Positions 36,881-51,089 of a DNA stretch of 64,000 nt are shown here, one piece after another. The stretch covers positions 57,846,001 through 57,910,000 of the forward strand of contig NC_043013.1 in assembly GCF_006345805.1 (NCBI RefSeq). Direction: 5' to 3'. Position numbers and translations under genes: made by a program. Each line of letters begins with the position of its first letter. The stretch's first letter is position 1. The stretch comes from Octopus sinensis (Eukaryota). Under the pieces are notes generated by a model that was given only the letters and a program-made list of their open reading frames with translations, was not told the DNA's origin and made no database searches.

Positions 36881-38964
36881 AGAGGTAAAAGCACGTATAT
36901 AGCTGGACAAACACAGACACATGGAATTGCACTTGCGCGCACTTGTGTGCGCGAATATACATGTATGTATGTATATGTATTTCCTTGTATATGACAATGT
37001 GATAATATATGACTGTGTTTGCGAAAGATACTGACAGAGAATGACACTTACATACATCCACACGCAACCACAAACTCCGACACCCACGCATACATACACA
37101 CGTACACACGTGCGTGCAACCTTACTTATGTTCCTATTTCAAAATACGTAAGTCTGTATTCCGTTTCAACCGTTAATAGCATCATTTGAAGTGAACTTCT
37201 AAATTCGTTCATCAGCTTTAATCTGCGATATTTGTTGCCGCTGCTGCTACTAGATCACAGGCTGTCTAAATTCGCCACTTTCTTACAAGTGAATTTCCGG
37301 TCCCTTCCAATGTAACTTTCACCAAACACCCATTCCATCATTGTGAACGTGGCAAAAGTTTCCATTCAACATTACCTGATAATATTGGAAGATGCCAGAA
37401 GCGGGTAGCAGCGATCAGTAATGTAAGTTGAATAGATTAAATACTTGATTAATTAATCAAAGAGGATCCTTGCTCTCTATTTGCGAGTTTGTCAAGCAAA
37501 TTACAGAGAGTGCACAAAATTGAAGGTAGATTTACAGAGTTAATTATCAAAGAGGATCATAATTAATAATGTCATTCTGAAGAAGCTCGTTATTCTCATT
37601 AATCTCAGTTTTATCGTTATTCTTGTTAACAAATTCAATAACTTCCATGAAGATGCCTGTGACAGAGACGATGATGACGTTAATAATAATAAAAATAATA
37701 ATGACAACAACAACAACAACAACAATAATAATAACAGTAATAATAATAATATAATAATAATAATAATGATATTATACGTGATAGTGTTGGTAAGAATTCC
37801 GATGATCCCATTTAAAAAGAAGAAATTAACAAAGATTAAGATAAATAAAAGGGATCTACTGTACATGAGTAAATATGAAAGCGATTGCTTATGATAATCT
37901 TAATGGGTGCCATCGGGTCTTCTGGATCGGAAGGTTGCAATTATGGCTTCCTCTAAATCACTGAAGCTAAAATACACTGTTACTCAAATAGCTGGGGTGT
38001 GTCATTAGAGGCTTAGTGTTTTAGATAGTAACTAGTAAAAACGCGGCAAGTTTTGGCTGTTGTTGCAGTTACAAACGCTCTGATTTCAAATCCTCGTCTG
38101 GGAAATTTGAATTCTTACTTTTCGATAGTGTCCAGTGAAATAAAACTTTTAGAGCCTGAGACGAGATGCATTGCAATAGGCACAGATGTTTGTCTCCAGG
38201 CTACAACTCTGCAATATCGGTGGCTTTTTGCTCTTACTGGAGCAAGAAGAATAGTATTTGTTCATGCCACACGCATGGGTAAATACTAGTTTTGCTTTAG
38301 CTAGCATTGCACATTCAAGAAGAACATTCCAACGTCAAGAGCAATACGTGATTTACCATAAGAGAAACTCATAACGTTTTTGCTCCAGTTTGCTTTCTAG
38401 AGGCCACGTTTCTACACTAGAGAGAGAAAATGCATCAAACTTGAAAAACGATTTTTTCAGTATCCATAAACTACAGAACGCACTAAATCGACGAAAAGCA
38501 TAAAAATATAAATATTTTTCATCATTTTAAATTTGCTTTTAATACTTTATTATTTCTTTTTCTTTTCATTGATGCAAAAGCCTTTCATTGAAAAAACCTA
38601 TGAATAAAGAGTTTCCATACAAGAGTATCTCGTATCAGGGAGATCTGGTGTGTTTCTCTTCAATTTAGAAGGCAGACAGCGAGTCGAGGGCGATTGTCTC
38701 TTGCTTTTGTACGTCAGGTTGCATTTTGAAGGCTTCGTCATTGTCTCAATTTTAGGTTAGATGTCACGATTGGTGAAAAGAGATTCAAGTTTTGATGTAT
38801 TATGTATTATTTTTTTTTTTTGTCATAGATACTTGTTAGAAATATCCCTACTTCTAACTTTCTATCATAAATGGGAATAGAGAATTGAAATGTTGTGAAT
38901 AAAATATAATTTATAATAATGATTTATTGTCAAGATACCGACTGTAGTGAAAGTTCATATTGTG

Positions 38965-39060
38965 AAGGCAGCGAGTTGGCTGAATCGTTATTAACCCGGA
39001 CAAAATGCTTAGCAGCATTTCGTTCGTCTTTACGTCCTGAGTTCAAATTCTGCTGAACAC
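38965..39060 (+). mobile_element. SINE tRNA-like head fragment
   Basis: GGCAGCGAGTTGGCTGAATCG (A box) ... GAGTTCAAATTC (B box), same family as 35450-35850. Confidence 0.7.
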
Positions 39061-40771
39061 TGGTGTCAATGATTTGACTTACACCTCTCCCAGCAATGCT
39101 GGTCTTGTACCACCATTTCTCAGAAATTTGAAACTAACACTATGCACCTTAGCTCAAGTCGGTTAAATTAGAAATGTTTTATACACTTGCATATGACTGC
39201 ACGCCATGAGGAAATAACATTCTTGAAAAGAACAAGAGGAAGATTTTAAAGACGATTTTATCCATGTATAACATACCATGACATGGTCGGGTCCTAATTA
39301 AGGAATAGAGTTTTTATCAATAAATACATTCACAGATAACAGCTGTTGAATGCAAATACTGATTTGGGCTTTCTCACTCAGAATGAAGACCGGCACCGCA
39401 AACTCTTTATAGTTCCTCCAAAACTGATACGACGAAGAAGTGGAAAACGCTTTACACTGATATGATTGAGGGTAACGAGTAGATTCAACTAAAATCAGGC
39501 ATCGAAGGACATAAGAAATAAATTGATATATTTCTCTATTTTCAGCTGAACTATTTTTATTCACAAGGATTTGGGCAACTTGTGAGATGCCATATGATTA
39601 AGCTACAGAGCAGAGTATGATCGGACCAAAAAGCATGTAGATACCAGTAAAACATTTTACCAAATAGCCATAATTTGGGGGCCACACATTAAGAACCACC
39701 GAGAGAGTTACTATACAAAAAAGCGAAATATACAATTAAATATTTTCTTCTGTGTTCCAAAAATATATCTTTTGACTCTACTCCAAGCGTATGAAACGAC
39801 TGTGATTGAAGAAAACTTAGACTTAATCTGCTCCAAGAATATAATGAAGTCGAGCTATGTCTCAAGAATATAATTTCTGACTGTGCTCCAAGAACTCGAT
39901 GTATCTAACTGTGCTCAAAGAATACAGTCTGATTGTTTACTAAGAATAAACAGACCAACTGTGCTTCAGGAATCTGATATTGGAAACCATACCAAGAATG
40001 TACGTTTATAGTATAATAATCAGTGGACTTGGTCTGGTTGTATTGGTTGAAGCAATTATATTTTTCGAGATTTCGTTGTTTGGGGAAATGCAACCATCTT
40101 CCTCGGCAACGCAAAATATTTTTCTCTAAAATGTGATAACTGTACAATCGACTGAGTAAATTATAAATTAGTACTTCCAGACATACAATGTACACACACA
40201 GACACACACATGCATGAACATATATAATTATATATGCACACACATATGTGTGTGTGTGTGTGGGGGGGGGGTAAATGTTAATATTTTTAGACAGACAAGA
40301 TTTTCAACGGCTTTGCGATAATGTGTCTTTCTTGTCACTTTATTTTTTATTATTTATGTATGTATAATGCTGAAAGAATGATAGATTATTTATTATTAAC
40401 CCCTGAAAAGAAAGAACGAGCTGGTTAACTAGTTTTTGTATTAAATATTAAATCAAGAGGAAAAGAAAATACTGTAGGAAATAAACCATTTTAAGAATTT
40501 AATAATGAGAGTAGAACGTTGGGTTTAGACTTTTATATAAATTATTATAATTGAGCATATTAGGTTAAAAATTCAAATGCCTAAAATGCCTAGTAAATGT
40601 TGAAATGAAACAGTTTAATAAAATGATAAAAGAAAAAATGTACAAACACTTTATCAAATCTACTTAGAAACATCGTGTCTATCGGTTTAATTGGCAAACA
40701 TACTTTTAAGTGTTTTCCAATGTGGTAAACTACCCAGTAGAAATAGAACCTTACCATTTTAAAATATTGCA

Positions 40772-40982
40772 TTCAAATTTTGGCACGTGACCAGCAATTT
40801 CAATGGAGGGATAAATCGATTACATCGCCCCCAGTGTTCAACTGTTACTTATTTTATCGACCCCGAAATGATAGAAGACAAATTCGACCTCGGCGTAATT
40901 TGAACTCAGAGCGTAAAGACGGACGAAATGACGCTAAACATTTTGTCCAGCGTGCTAAAGATTCTTTCAGTTGGTTGCCTTA
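40772..40982 (-). mobile_element. tRNA-derived SINE, near full length
   Basis: Same head, B-box and central domain as 35628-35850. Confidence 0.8.
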
Positions 40983-43900
40983 CCTTCTTTAGATATTAAA
41001 CACATATTGCATACTTTATTTTTACAAATGTTGTGTTTGAAAATAAGATGTGAATGTCACAAATGGAACGTCTGCTTCACTGTATTTTTTATGAAAACGA
41101 TCTGGGACAAAACAGCAACAGCAATCACTAACTTCTCAGAAATGACCAGTGTCTAAGATTATTATGCTTTTCTTGGACTGCTGCTCTAAAATCAGGACTA
41201 TAAATGGCACGTAGAAGAATAGAATCTCACGAATAGGTCCTCCAAGTCTGACGAGACTGTTTTTTCTAGCGTTAAATAGAAAATAGTCATAGAGATATGG
41301 ATATGGCTATACCCTCCATAGAATAATTCCCAGAGGAAGCAGAATATTTCAATGATCCTGGTAATGAGGATAAAAAGTTCTGCCTTCCTGTCATCATTCT
41401 GAGAAGAACAATTAATGGCATCGGTATTTCTTATGTTACATACAGAGAAATACTCAGACACACAAAAACGCACACACAGACACATACATACCACGCATGC
41501 ACACACACACACCACGCACATAATCATATATGTATGTATATATGTTATGGATATATGCATGCATGTATGTATTTGTGTATGCATGTGTGTACTAGGTGCT
41601 GGAGCTATATTATTTACTTGTGCAAAATATATTCAATTATTGGCCACAAAGTGAGGGAAATACTTTCAAAGACACGTACACACACACACACACGCACAGT
41701 GTCACGAGTATTCCATCCAGCCATACTGCTGCTTCTTTGAATTTGTAAAGGAAAACAGATTCAATTACTAAGGTATGTATAAAAACATTTCCTTTTACTT
41801 TCATTAGATATGTTTTTTTTTTATTAACACAGGGTCAGATATTTCTTCTAACTGTTTAACAAATTTCCAATAAAGGTGTCCACATCAAGCATCGTTCCAC
41901 ACATTGTTGTAGTAACCAATATTATTATTTATGGAGTTACTGAAAAGGAATAAAAACACTTTTTAGAATCACGTAAAAAGTTGTTAAATGAAGCAAAAAT
42001 ATCTGCATGAAGGCGTTGCTCGATACTAAAATACAAAAGGAGAATTTCTAAATGAATGAGAGTAGGTAAGAAAATCCGTCAAGTGTATTGACTGATTTCG
42101 TTGCCTTCCTACGAATACATAATGAATGACGGAAGCATCCATGGACAGTTTCCGCTGAACAGTTTCCGCTAAACTGATTACTGGTTTTTGAAATTCTCAA
42201 TGACACAAGCCGCATGTTTTAAATAAGAATATTCACAGAATATGCTTAGCTTCGAAACACAAATACCCGAATATGACGATAATTTACCCGGATTATTGTC
42301 TGGTGGGTTCTACATAAAATACTTTGACATCATAAGTGAAAACACAGGTGCCACGATTCTTTCTCGACTGTCTGTAGATATTTCTACAGAATACTAGAAA
42401 ATTGCCCATGTCTTGTTGCATCATTAAGGAACTTTTATGGCAGCTTTCATGTGGTTGCTTTCTGTGATATTATTAGAAAAGCAGCAAGACAGTGAGACTG
42501 GTCAATGAAAACGAAGATAACTCAAAATAACAGGGTCAACCAATTAAACTGAAGAATTTCTTCAATTTCATCACTGGACCAAATCATCAGCAATTTGAGA
42601 TTTTCTAGCGATTGCAGATCCGAATTTACTCGGCTGCATTATTAGGCATATTTACTGACGTGTAACTATCTCAGAATAATTTCTTTCTGAATTCTCTATT
42701 TTTTAGCAGGAAAAAAAAAACGGGAAAAATTATCTGCACAAATTATCGTTACTGGAAAAGGCAACCAATAGAAGCAGCTGAGTGGTTCCTGAAATATTCT
42801 TTACTTCTATCATCATTAGCCATAAGAAATGATTGATAAAATTACTCAAATACCATATCAATTTTTGCGAAATTGATGTTGTAACATTTTTTAACCTAAC
42901 ATAGGAAATGGCTGCAGAGTAAATCTAACCGCAAAATTAAGAAAAAAGGAATGTAAATATAGACATGATGATATAATTCAGCGCTTTTTTGCACCACACG
43001 TAATCGAATAATAATATGAATAATTATAATAAGAATATTATTAGGACTACTAGCACTCATAATAATGATGATGATGATAATAGCAATAATAATGGTAATA
43101 ATAGTAATAATAATGATAGTTGGGAAATACGCATTATTCATTGTTTTGGAATATTCAGTTTCAGGAAATATCTTCCTTTCTAATTCAGGAGGAATTAGAT
43201 AAATAAGTAAAAATCAACAAAGAAATAAAACGCAGGAATGTTTCTGGTATTAAGTATGTGAGTAAAAGAGTGAAATATATTAAATGAATAAAGAAATGTA
43301 AAAGAGAATCTGCGCAACGAAAATCTGAGTAGAATGTATCAGTGAGGAGATGTGGATATTATTTTCAGCTAAGAATTTGAGAGAATCAATCAACACTTAT
43401 TTCTTTAAATCATAGGTGGCCGTGTGGCGGCACAGCTTGGCAGTGTGTGCAGAGGTAGACGAACATGCTGAACCAAATTTTTGTTAGCCTCCAATACTGG
43501 GCTTATGTTTCATAAATCAAGTGTGCGAAGAAAGGCCTCGATCATCTTGGAGTAAATTATGTTGGTGTGTTAGGGGTATGAGCCCAAAACCAAGCCTATT
43601 AGTAACGCCATCGACATTTACGTACAAACCGAGACAAAGTGTCATTTGACATACAAGAAATAACGATTAATTTCCAGAGACGTTAAAGTGTACAATATAA
43701 AACTTAGTGCTAATTACTTCGGTTCGCTTTACCGTAAGTTCAAATCATGGCAGGTTATGCTTGATTCTTATTACTTCCCATAGATTGGAAAGTGAGAGAG
43801 CACCGTACTAGATTCATTACGTTATCCAAGATAAACTTCCGTCCATAGTTAATCACTTGTACTTGTTACAACCCCGCCCTCGTCCATAACCCACCAAGGT

Positions 43901-44379
43901 GGAGAAAAAAGGTAACTCCATGCTATACTTCTTCAAATTGTGGAATAGTAATTCCTTGAAAGAAATGGGACCCCTTTATATATTCAGAGGAAAAACGATA
44001 ATGTAGTCCTGTATTTAGTCAAAATTGGTCGCAGATCTTGTAACATTAATGTGGAAGTTGTATGTCAAATATGTATATTTACGCTTTTAAAACAGTAATG
44101 TGATCTGCAACATAATTTGGCTGCAATTTCTAGCAGGTCAATCAAAACCGTTGAGACTCCTGTTTCCAGCTGCTTTACAGTTCCTAGCCGAAATCTTCTA
44201 TAACAAATACAAACAAGTCATTCTTTCAAATATTCCCAATTTCCTCTTCATATGGAACCATATTCCATTAAATGACAAATTATTATCACTTTCCACAATA
44301 CATACGAACTCTTTGCATTTTTGCTTTATATAATATTCATTCATTCATAATTCATTCTGTTCTCACTGTGCCTTGTGGT

Positions 44380-45510
44380 GCATGAGGCGGCAGCAAGATC
44401 ATTCCAATGCATTAAATTGCTCTGCGATCAATTTGTGGCAACTACTGAATTTTTTATCCAAAATCCCTGTATACCATCAAGTCCTACTGCCTTCCAATTG
44501 CTTATGTTTTTACTCATATTTCTGATACTGTCTACTGTGAAGTGGATAACATCTTGCTGGGGATAAGAAGCTGTTTGCATCAGGATGTACAGCCATTCAC
44601 TTGTAGTATTTTGTTGTTCTTGCTTACTCCATACCTTACCCCAGGAAAAGTCGACTTTCATAAGTATCGGGGACTAATCTTTCACGTTTTTTATCGTCAT
44701 TAATCTCTTAGTAAAATCTTTTTTGGTCGGTTCTAAACAATTTGTTTTGCTGGTATTGCTTAATCATTTGTTCAAACCTAGTTAGCTTTGCTTGCATGCA
44801 TGCATGCGATGCTTCAGTTCTTCAATTACAACATTCAGACCTTTTGCATCTACGCCATACTTCTTCCTAACTTTTTCGAATTTCCCTTCATTCGTCAGTT
44901 CTCCATTTCTTCTCCTGACAAGTATGGACACTACACTGTTCAAGGCGTTTATATCTTCAGAAATCCTCTTTTTCCACCACGGTCGTTTATTTCCTCTTTT
45001 ATCCTCAGTTGTTCTCAATCCAACCCTTTCCGCCATAATCCTATTAGCAGTCTTAGTAAGATTATTTATTTGTGTGATGTTCTTTGTTTCAATGTGTCTC
45101 ACTACATTATTACCTTTATTCGTTTTTCGATTCAGTCTCCATTGCCTAGCCTTCTCAAAGTCGCACATAAATTCTCTCCCTTCTCTATTTATTTGATCCA
45201 AAATTCTGTCCATTATCTATAGTCATTGTTTCAGTAGTTACTGATCTCAATTCTTTCACAATTCACAGTATTATATTCTTGCGAAACATTGTCCATCTCT
45301 TCCACTATACCACTTTCGTTTATCGCATGCCCAGCATCATTCTGTATCCTGCTTTTAATAGCCTCCAGTTCCAGTTCTGTAAACCATCCATTCCTTTGTA
45401 TTGCGCTTGTTTGGTGAAATAATCTCTGTTCAGTAATTTCGAGAAGTGTCATTTTCTTCCATTCACTGTGCATTCGTTTACTGCACCATAACCGTCATGT
45501 TTACTTATTT
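44380..45510 (-). mobile_element. Dong/R4-clade retrotransposon, N-terminal/RT-proximal fragment
   Basis: KRMHSEW...EQRL...WFTELELE, RPWWKKRI, NWKAVGLDGIQGFWIK. Confidence 0.8.
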
Positions 45511-45699
45511 ACTCCACTTATGTTTTGTAGCATGGATAGCAGTTGCTGGATTACGACCGTGCCCACCCTGCTGCACAGTGGGGCACCTGCCGAGTGCGGC
45601 ACCTTCACCATTAATTCCAGTCCCGTTCACACCGTTATAGTCATCTATTTTGCTTGGCATTTTCACTCACAAATGAGGTATGTTTTAAGTTACTACCAA

Positions 45700-46770
45700 C
45701 CTTTATTATCATCGAGTAGCGGGCTTACTAGCTGCAGGCTACGGTACCATGCTATTCCATGTTTTCAGCTATCTAATGCTTTCCTGATTATTCTCACCGT
45801 GCCAAGGAGGTAAATCTTTTGTAACAGTTCTACTGGGAACTCTACACCGATTTCCTTCATATTCCTGTTGCTGCCTTCTGATACCGTTCCCAAGGACCCA
45901 ATAATAAACTCCAACTTCTTCATTTTCCAAAGCCGGGCTATTTCGTACGTAAGAGTGTTGTACCAATCTATCTGTTCATTCTATCTAGACTATTCGTGGG
46001 TCAAAAGGGCATGCAACGTCTACAATATAGCACATGTAGTGCACCTTGTCCACCACCATTAGGTCCGGTCTCTTATGCTCTAGCACTTGATCTGTTTGTA
46101 TTGGGAAATCCCTGAGGATTTTGCTAATCTCCGACACTGCCACTCTCTGCGTTTAGCCACGAGCCTCGTAGCAACTGATGGGCGTGCTTCTGGTCTATAT
46201 CAGCGTGTTTGCTAGGAGCTACACATTTCCCATGCAGTGGTTTGTTTCCCACTTATCAGCGAATCGTTCAAACGCATTTTGCTTTGCTATTGATTTCACC
46301 TTCTTTGCAACTACGGTTGCTGCACTTCCATCATGCTGTTCAACCTGGGCATCATGCATAACTCCCTTGAAAATTTTTAGCTCTCCTTCATAAGCTTTTT
46401 ACGTCTTTCATGGTTTTCAGCGAGCTTTAGCATCCAGTCGTTAGGTGTTTCAAGATATTTTGCCAGTCTAATTGTAGTGATTTAGTAGGAGATTTCAAAT
46501 TGGATCAAGCCTCGATCTCCTTGAGCACTGAGTAGGCAGAAACAATCTGCGTCTGCCTTTGGGTGGTGCACCATATTGCAAGTCAGCAGCTTACAGATTT
46601 CCCGGTCAAGTTTCCTTATTTCGTTCATATATTCCAGTTCACCACATTGAAACTGTAAATAACCGAAACTACTAAGGAATTGTTTTATTCCTACCCACAA
46701 GGGGCAACATAGATGGGACAATACAATCGGGAAAAATAAAAATAATGAATTATGAAGTTTGTACAATGTG
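45700..46770 (-). mobile_element. Dong/R4-clade C-terminal fragment with restriction-like endonuclease (RLE)
   Basis: EIRKLDREICKLLT...HPKAD, DFPIQTDQVLEHKRPDLMVVD...IVDVACPFD, LGTVRIIRKALDS*. Confidence 0.8.
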
Positions 46771-46779
46771 GTGTAATGC

Positions 46780-48446
46780 CCACTCGATCCCCGAAATCGA
46801 GCGGTTACATTTCGTCATTTTTTTATTCCTCAAAAATACATTTCACAATATTTTCCAAATAAAAAGCCATTTTACACATTTTCAACATACATTTCAAAAT
46901 TAAAGTTTTCACAATACCTTTTCTTTTAGATATACTCCATTATCTCTACCAAATCTTGGTAATTTTCCATTGTTCGTGGCCACCTTGTAAGTCGGCATTT
47001 CATATGTTTTGACACGTTCTTGCCAGCTGCCTCGATGAACGCCTCGGCGTTGGCCTCGTGGACGAGTGCACCCGTTTCTTTCCATTCGGTGCCCATCGTG
47101 ACCCATGTATATCCATCTGTTTCGCTTATTAAATCCTCCATCTCCTCACAATGCCTGTGATGAATCAATGTTCCATAGTATTTGAATCTTCTATTCGCAC
47201 CTGCATTCTCTCTAGTTTTTCTTTTAGGACTTATTTCCTCTTTTTTCTTCTCTCTCGGTTTCTCTCTTTCTCTCGTTTAGCTTTCTCTTCTTTCTTTTTC
47301 CTTCTCTTGTCTTTTCATCTCTTTGTCTGTCGTCTCTCTACCCTGTGCCTTATGTTCCTTTCCTGTTGTTTCTTTTCCTTTTTGTATACCATCTTTTCCT
47401 TTCTCTTGGTTCTGTTCCTACTCTTGTTATTTTCCTGTTTTTTTCTCTTTCCTTTAGTTTACTTTCCCTTTCTCTCTCTTGATTCTGTTTTGGTTCTTTC
47501 TCTATTCTCTACCCTGTGAATTTTGTTCCTTTTCTATTATTTTCTTCCCTTTGTTTTCATTTTTCTTCAGTGTGTTGTTATTTCCTTTCTCTTGTTATTT
47601 CTCCGTTATTTCCTTTTCCTTGCTTTCGCTGTTCTTTCCTTCGTGTTCTATTTCCTTCGCTTTTTTATTTTCTTCCGTTGTCTCTCCACTTTGTGTCTTT
47701 TTTTGCTCCATTTCCCTCTACGCTGTGAATTCATATAGCGGACATTCCTTTCTTATGTGCGCTCTTGACCCGCACAAGTAGCAATTCGGTTTTCTCCCCT
47801 CCACAATTACAGCAATTGTTTTCTCGTTTTCTACTTCTATTTGGAAGGGAAACCGTTCTAGGTCTTCCATTGTGGCCATCAGCCACAACTCCACTCCGAA
47901 TCCCTTCCAGTTCACAACGTTGGTCTCCTTGATTGACCCTATTTCTACTTCCTCCTTTGCTGACCCTTTGGGACTCTTACCCGTACCCTTCTTCTTCTTT
48001 TGTAAATCAGTCACATAGTGAAATGTCGGCTTTCAGTACAGTGGAAGCTAACGAGGCCGCCACTTCCTTTGTTGCGCATCTCACCTCCACCGTACCATAT
48101 TTCTTTTCTCTGTCCACAAAAGTTGCTTTTTTCACAATGTCCCCCAGACATTTCTCTAGTTCTTCAATCGTCACTCTCACCAGTTTTCTTGTATTCCTAT
48201 CTTGCGTTCTATACGTTATCATCCTGTTATTTCTCTCCTCTATTGTTTCAACAGGCGGGATTAGCTTCACGCTGTCACCCTCCCTTTTGACGAACTTCTC
48301 GTATTCCTTCAGAACACTTCCCTTATTATAAGAGACTCATCACTTTTTGTTGTGGCGACCCCCGCGTAAGTCTCCATGACTTGAGGGTCGACGCACCTTC
48401 TATAAAAGGTTCTAACACGCAGCGGCAAGCGCCTCGCGCGATTCAA
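46780..48446 (-). mobile_element. ~1.7-kb element with a gag-like/ORF1-like zinc-knuckle frame and no visible RT
   Basis: VIVEGRKPNCYLCGSRAHIRKEC (CX2CX4HX4C). It has an upstream GTVEVRCAT segment, a K/E/R-rich low-complexity tract, a short C-terminal ORF (46926-47168), a GC-rich 5' leader and an AATAAA near the 3' end. Confidence 0.6.
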
Positions 48447-48539
48447 TTTTTGACAATTTTTTTAAACAGCTTTTTCCAAATTTTTCACATACAAAATAAC
48501 TAACCAACACAAGGAATCTATAGCTAAGGAATCTATAGC

Positions 48540-50760
48540 TAACACCTTGTTACGTACATTTATCTCCTGTAACACTCCTTCCTGATCTCTTTCATACTTG
48601 CATGCTGAATGCCAGAGCCTTTATTTATTCCGAGGTATTTGTAAGTTTATTCCTGCTTGAGATCTCTTATGACTGTCTCAAAACCCAACACAACTGAATG
48701 TGAGGTCTTCAATTTCCCTTTCTAGAAGGTGGTTTGGCACATTTATCAAGACCAAATACCATCCCAATGTCATCACTGAATGTTTTCACAGTAGGTAGTC
48801 GTCCTTCAAGCTCATTATCGCTTTTGCCATAGAGTTTTAAGTCATCCATCTAAAATAGATGATATTTTCGTGACGCCAATTTTATATCCATATGCTGTTC
48901 TGTTACATTCACTTGTAAGGCGTATTAGAGCTATGTAGAAACTTAAAGGTGAACGTGAGTCACCTTGGAAAATTTCGCAGGTGATATTAATATTTTTTGT
49001 GGTCAGTACTCCATTGGAGTGGTATAGTTGGAGATTCGTATTCCACATGTTGTGAATCAGGAAGTTTGAAATCACAGGAGAAATTTTGAAGACAGCCAGC
49101 GATTTCAGGATCCATGAATGCGATCTGCTGTCGAAGGCCTTTATAATCAAATTATGCAGAACTGAGATTTCTGCGTTTGTTAAGACGGTTCTCAAGGATA
49201 ATGCGATTGATAACGAGTTGATCTTTGCATCCATAAGAGCCTCGTCGGTATCCTTTTTGTTCAGTGAGGAAAATATCGTTCTGTTCCATAAATTTGTATG
49301 TTTTCTTCTCAAGGTAGATAGACATGTTTATGGGCCGATAATTTTGGGGAAATTTGATTTCAGTATTCTTCGGGAGTAAGTATGTAATAAATCTTGTTAA
49401 CGAATCAGGAGTTTCGTAGGATCTCTCATAATTTCATTAAAGAAACTGGACTAACTTTTCATGAGCGCACGGGAGCGAGACGAGCTAGAAATTTGGCATC
49501 CTATCATTACCAAGTGATTTCCGCTTATGAGCCTTCGTGGGGATCATCCTTAGATTTGCTATTGTGATGTCTTCGCATGCTTGCTCTGTTAAATTTTGGT
49601 AGGATTTTTCTGTGTCTAATCCAGTCTGCATTTTCATAGTAAGTCTTTTCATCACTCCAAATATTTTTCCGGAAGTTTCAGCCTCTTCCATCGCAATGGG
49701 GGTGGGGTCTTCAACAGTTATTTTCTCCTCCTCTATTTCTCTGTACATTTTTTTCGCATTGGATGTGAACAGTTTGTTTGTAGAATTTGTTTCTCTTCTC
49801 AAATCTTCGTATTCTCTGCGTTTTTGCTAGGACTTTTTTTATTGCAGTTTCTTTTGCTGAAAATAGTTCTTCCCTTGGTGCGAATCTCTGTTTTCTCGTC
49901 ATATTTCTGCCTTTTCTGGTTTTTACATCGTTTCCACAGATTAGTTCATTCAATATTGATATTTCACCTCTCATTATTTCAATCTCTTTTTTTTTACTTT
50001 GCAGTTCTCAGATTTGTGTTTCTTTGCTTGTTCAGAGGCATACAACTGGTTTCAATTGTCTTAGCAGCTGCGTAAATAATTTCATTTAATTGAGTAAGAC
50101 CTTCAATAATTTTCTTTGTTACATAGTTTCAAATTTTTAATTTGTTTTCTATTTTGGATTGTATTTGAGAGCTTATGAAGTGGTTCTCTATCATGCATAT
50201 TGGCGTGTATTACAACTTCAAAGCTTATTCAGGATTTTCTGCTTCAGTTCTAACATAAATTTAAATATTGTTTTTTTGCCACTTTCTTCGCTATCTTCAT
50301 CAGGTTCTTTACAATTTAGATCTACAGACGTTTATGTGTTGTGGTCAGATGGCAGTCTTTCAATTGAAACTCGTGAAGAGTTGCTCTCTTCGTCTGGTTC
50401 TTCATTTCCTTGTTGTCTTATATTTAGGTCATTTTCAGCTGCGTGCTTGATCGCAGTTATTTCACTATCTGTGAGTCTTTTATTTCCGAAGATATCCCTC
50501 CTAACATTTGGTAACTTGTTTTCGTCCAAATATATTCTGCTGTCTTGATTTCGTGTTCTCCATATTTGATAAGAGTGTGCAGTGTGTTTCTCTTCAGATG
50601 GTCCGCCTAATGCATAATAATAGGCATATATTACTTCTGTATACTCTTCTCGGGTCCATTTGAACCTCTTACATTTTTCTTTCAGTGGTGGGTGTGGTAG
50701 TGGACTTGGAGGGCTGATTTCAGGCAGTTCCCGTCCAAGTGATCATTCAGGTTCGTATTC
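48540..50760 (-). mobile_element. Dong/R4-clade retrotransposon, decayed N-terminus plus RT
   Basis: KWTREEYTEVIYAYY, KAFDSRSHSWIL, IFQGDS.SPL, MDDLKLYGK...FSDDIGMVFGLDKCAK. Confidence 0.85.
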
Positions 50761-51089
50761 AAAGAAGAGTTTGTGTCAGTGGATGATTGTTCGATCCCAG
50801 GGTAGTTCTCTCCTCAGTGACGCACTTCCAGATTAACCATAAGACAAGCGATTTGGTGTACTGTTGTAGCTTATTATTATCATCATCATCATCATCATCA
50901 TATACACACAGCAGATTAGACTGATGGAAAAGATTATTATTATCATTCTTATTCTGAAAGTCTCTCGAATTGTTCGTAATTACCGGTTTAACTTTCCTTG
51001 AAATCAGGTCATAACAAATCACCAACGCTTTCAATTAGAGCCTTCTCCCGTGACTCCTATTATCATTATTATCATTATTATTATTATTA

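Noticed and set aside
37150-37220. Minus-strand CTGATGA...GAAA
   Set aside because: Stems I and III do not pair, so this is likely chance.
35628-40982. tRNA genes
   Set aside because: The A/B-box segments are SINE heads followed by SINE body and do not fold into complete cloverleaves.
48330-48395. Possible HDV-like ribozyme in the 5' leader of the zinc-knuckle element (GACCCTC/GGGGGTC and GAGACT/AGTCTC pairings)
   Set aside because: Only 5 nt lie between the putative P2 and P1 strands, too short for P3/L3, and there is no catalytic C in J4/2. It may still be a structured leader.
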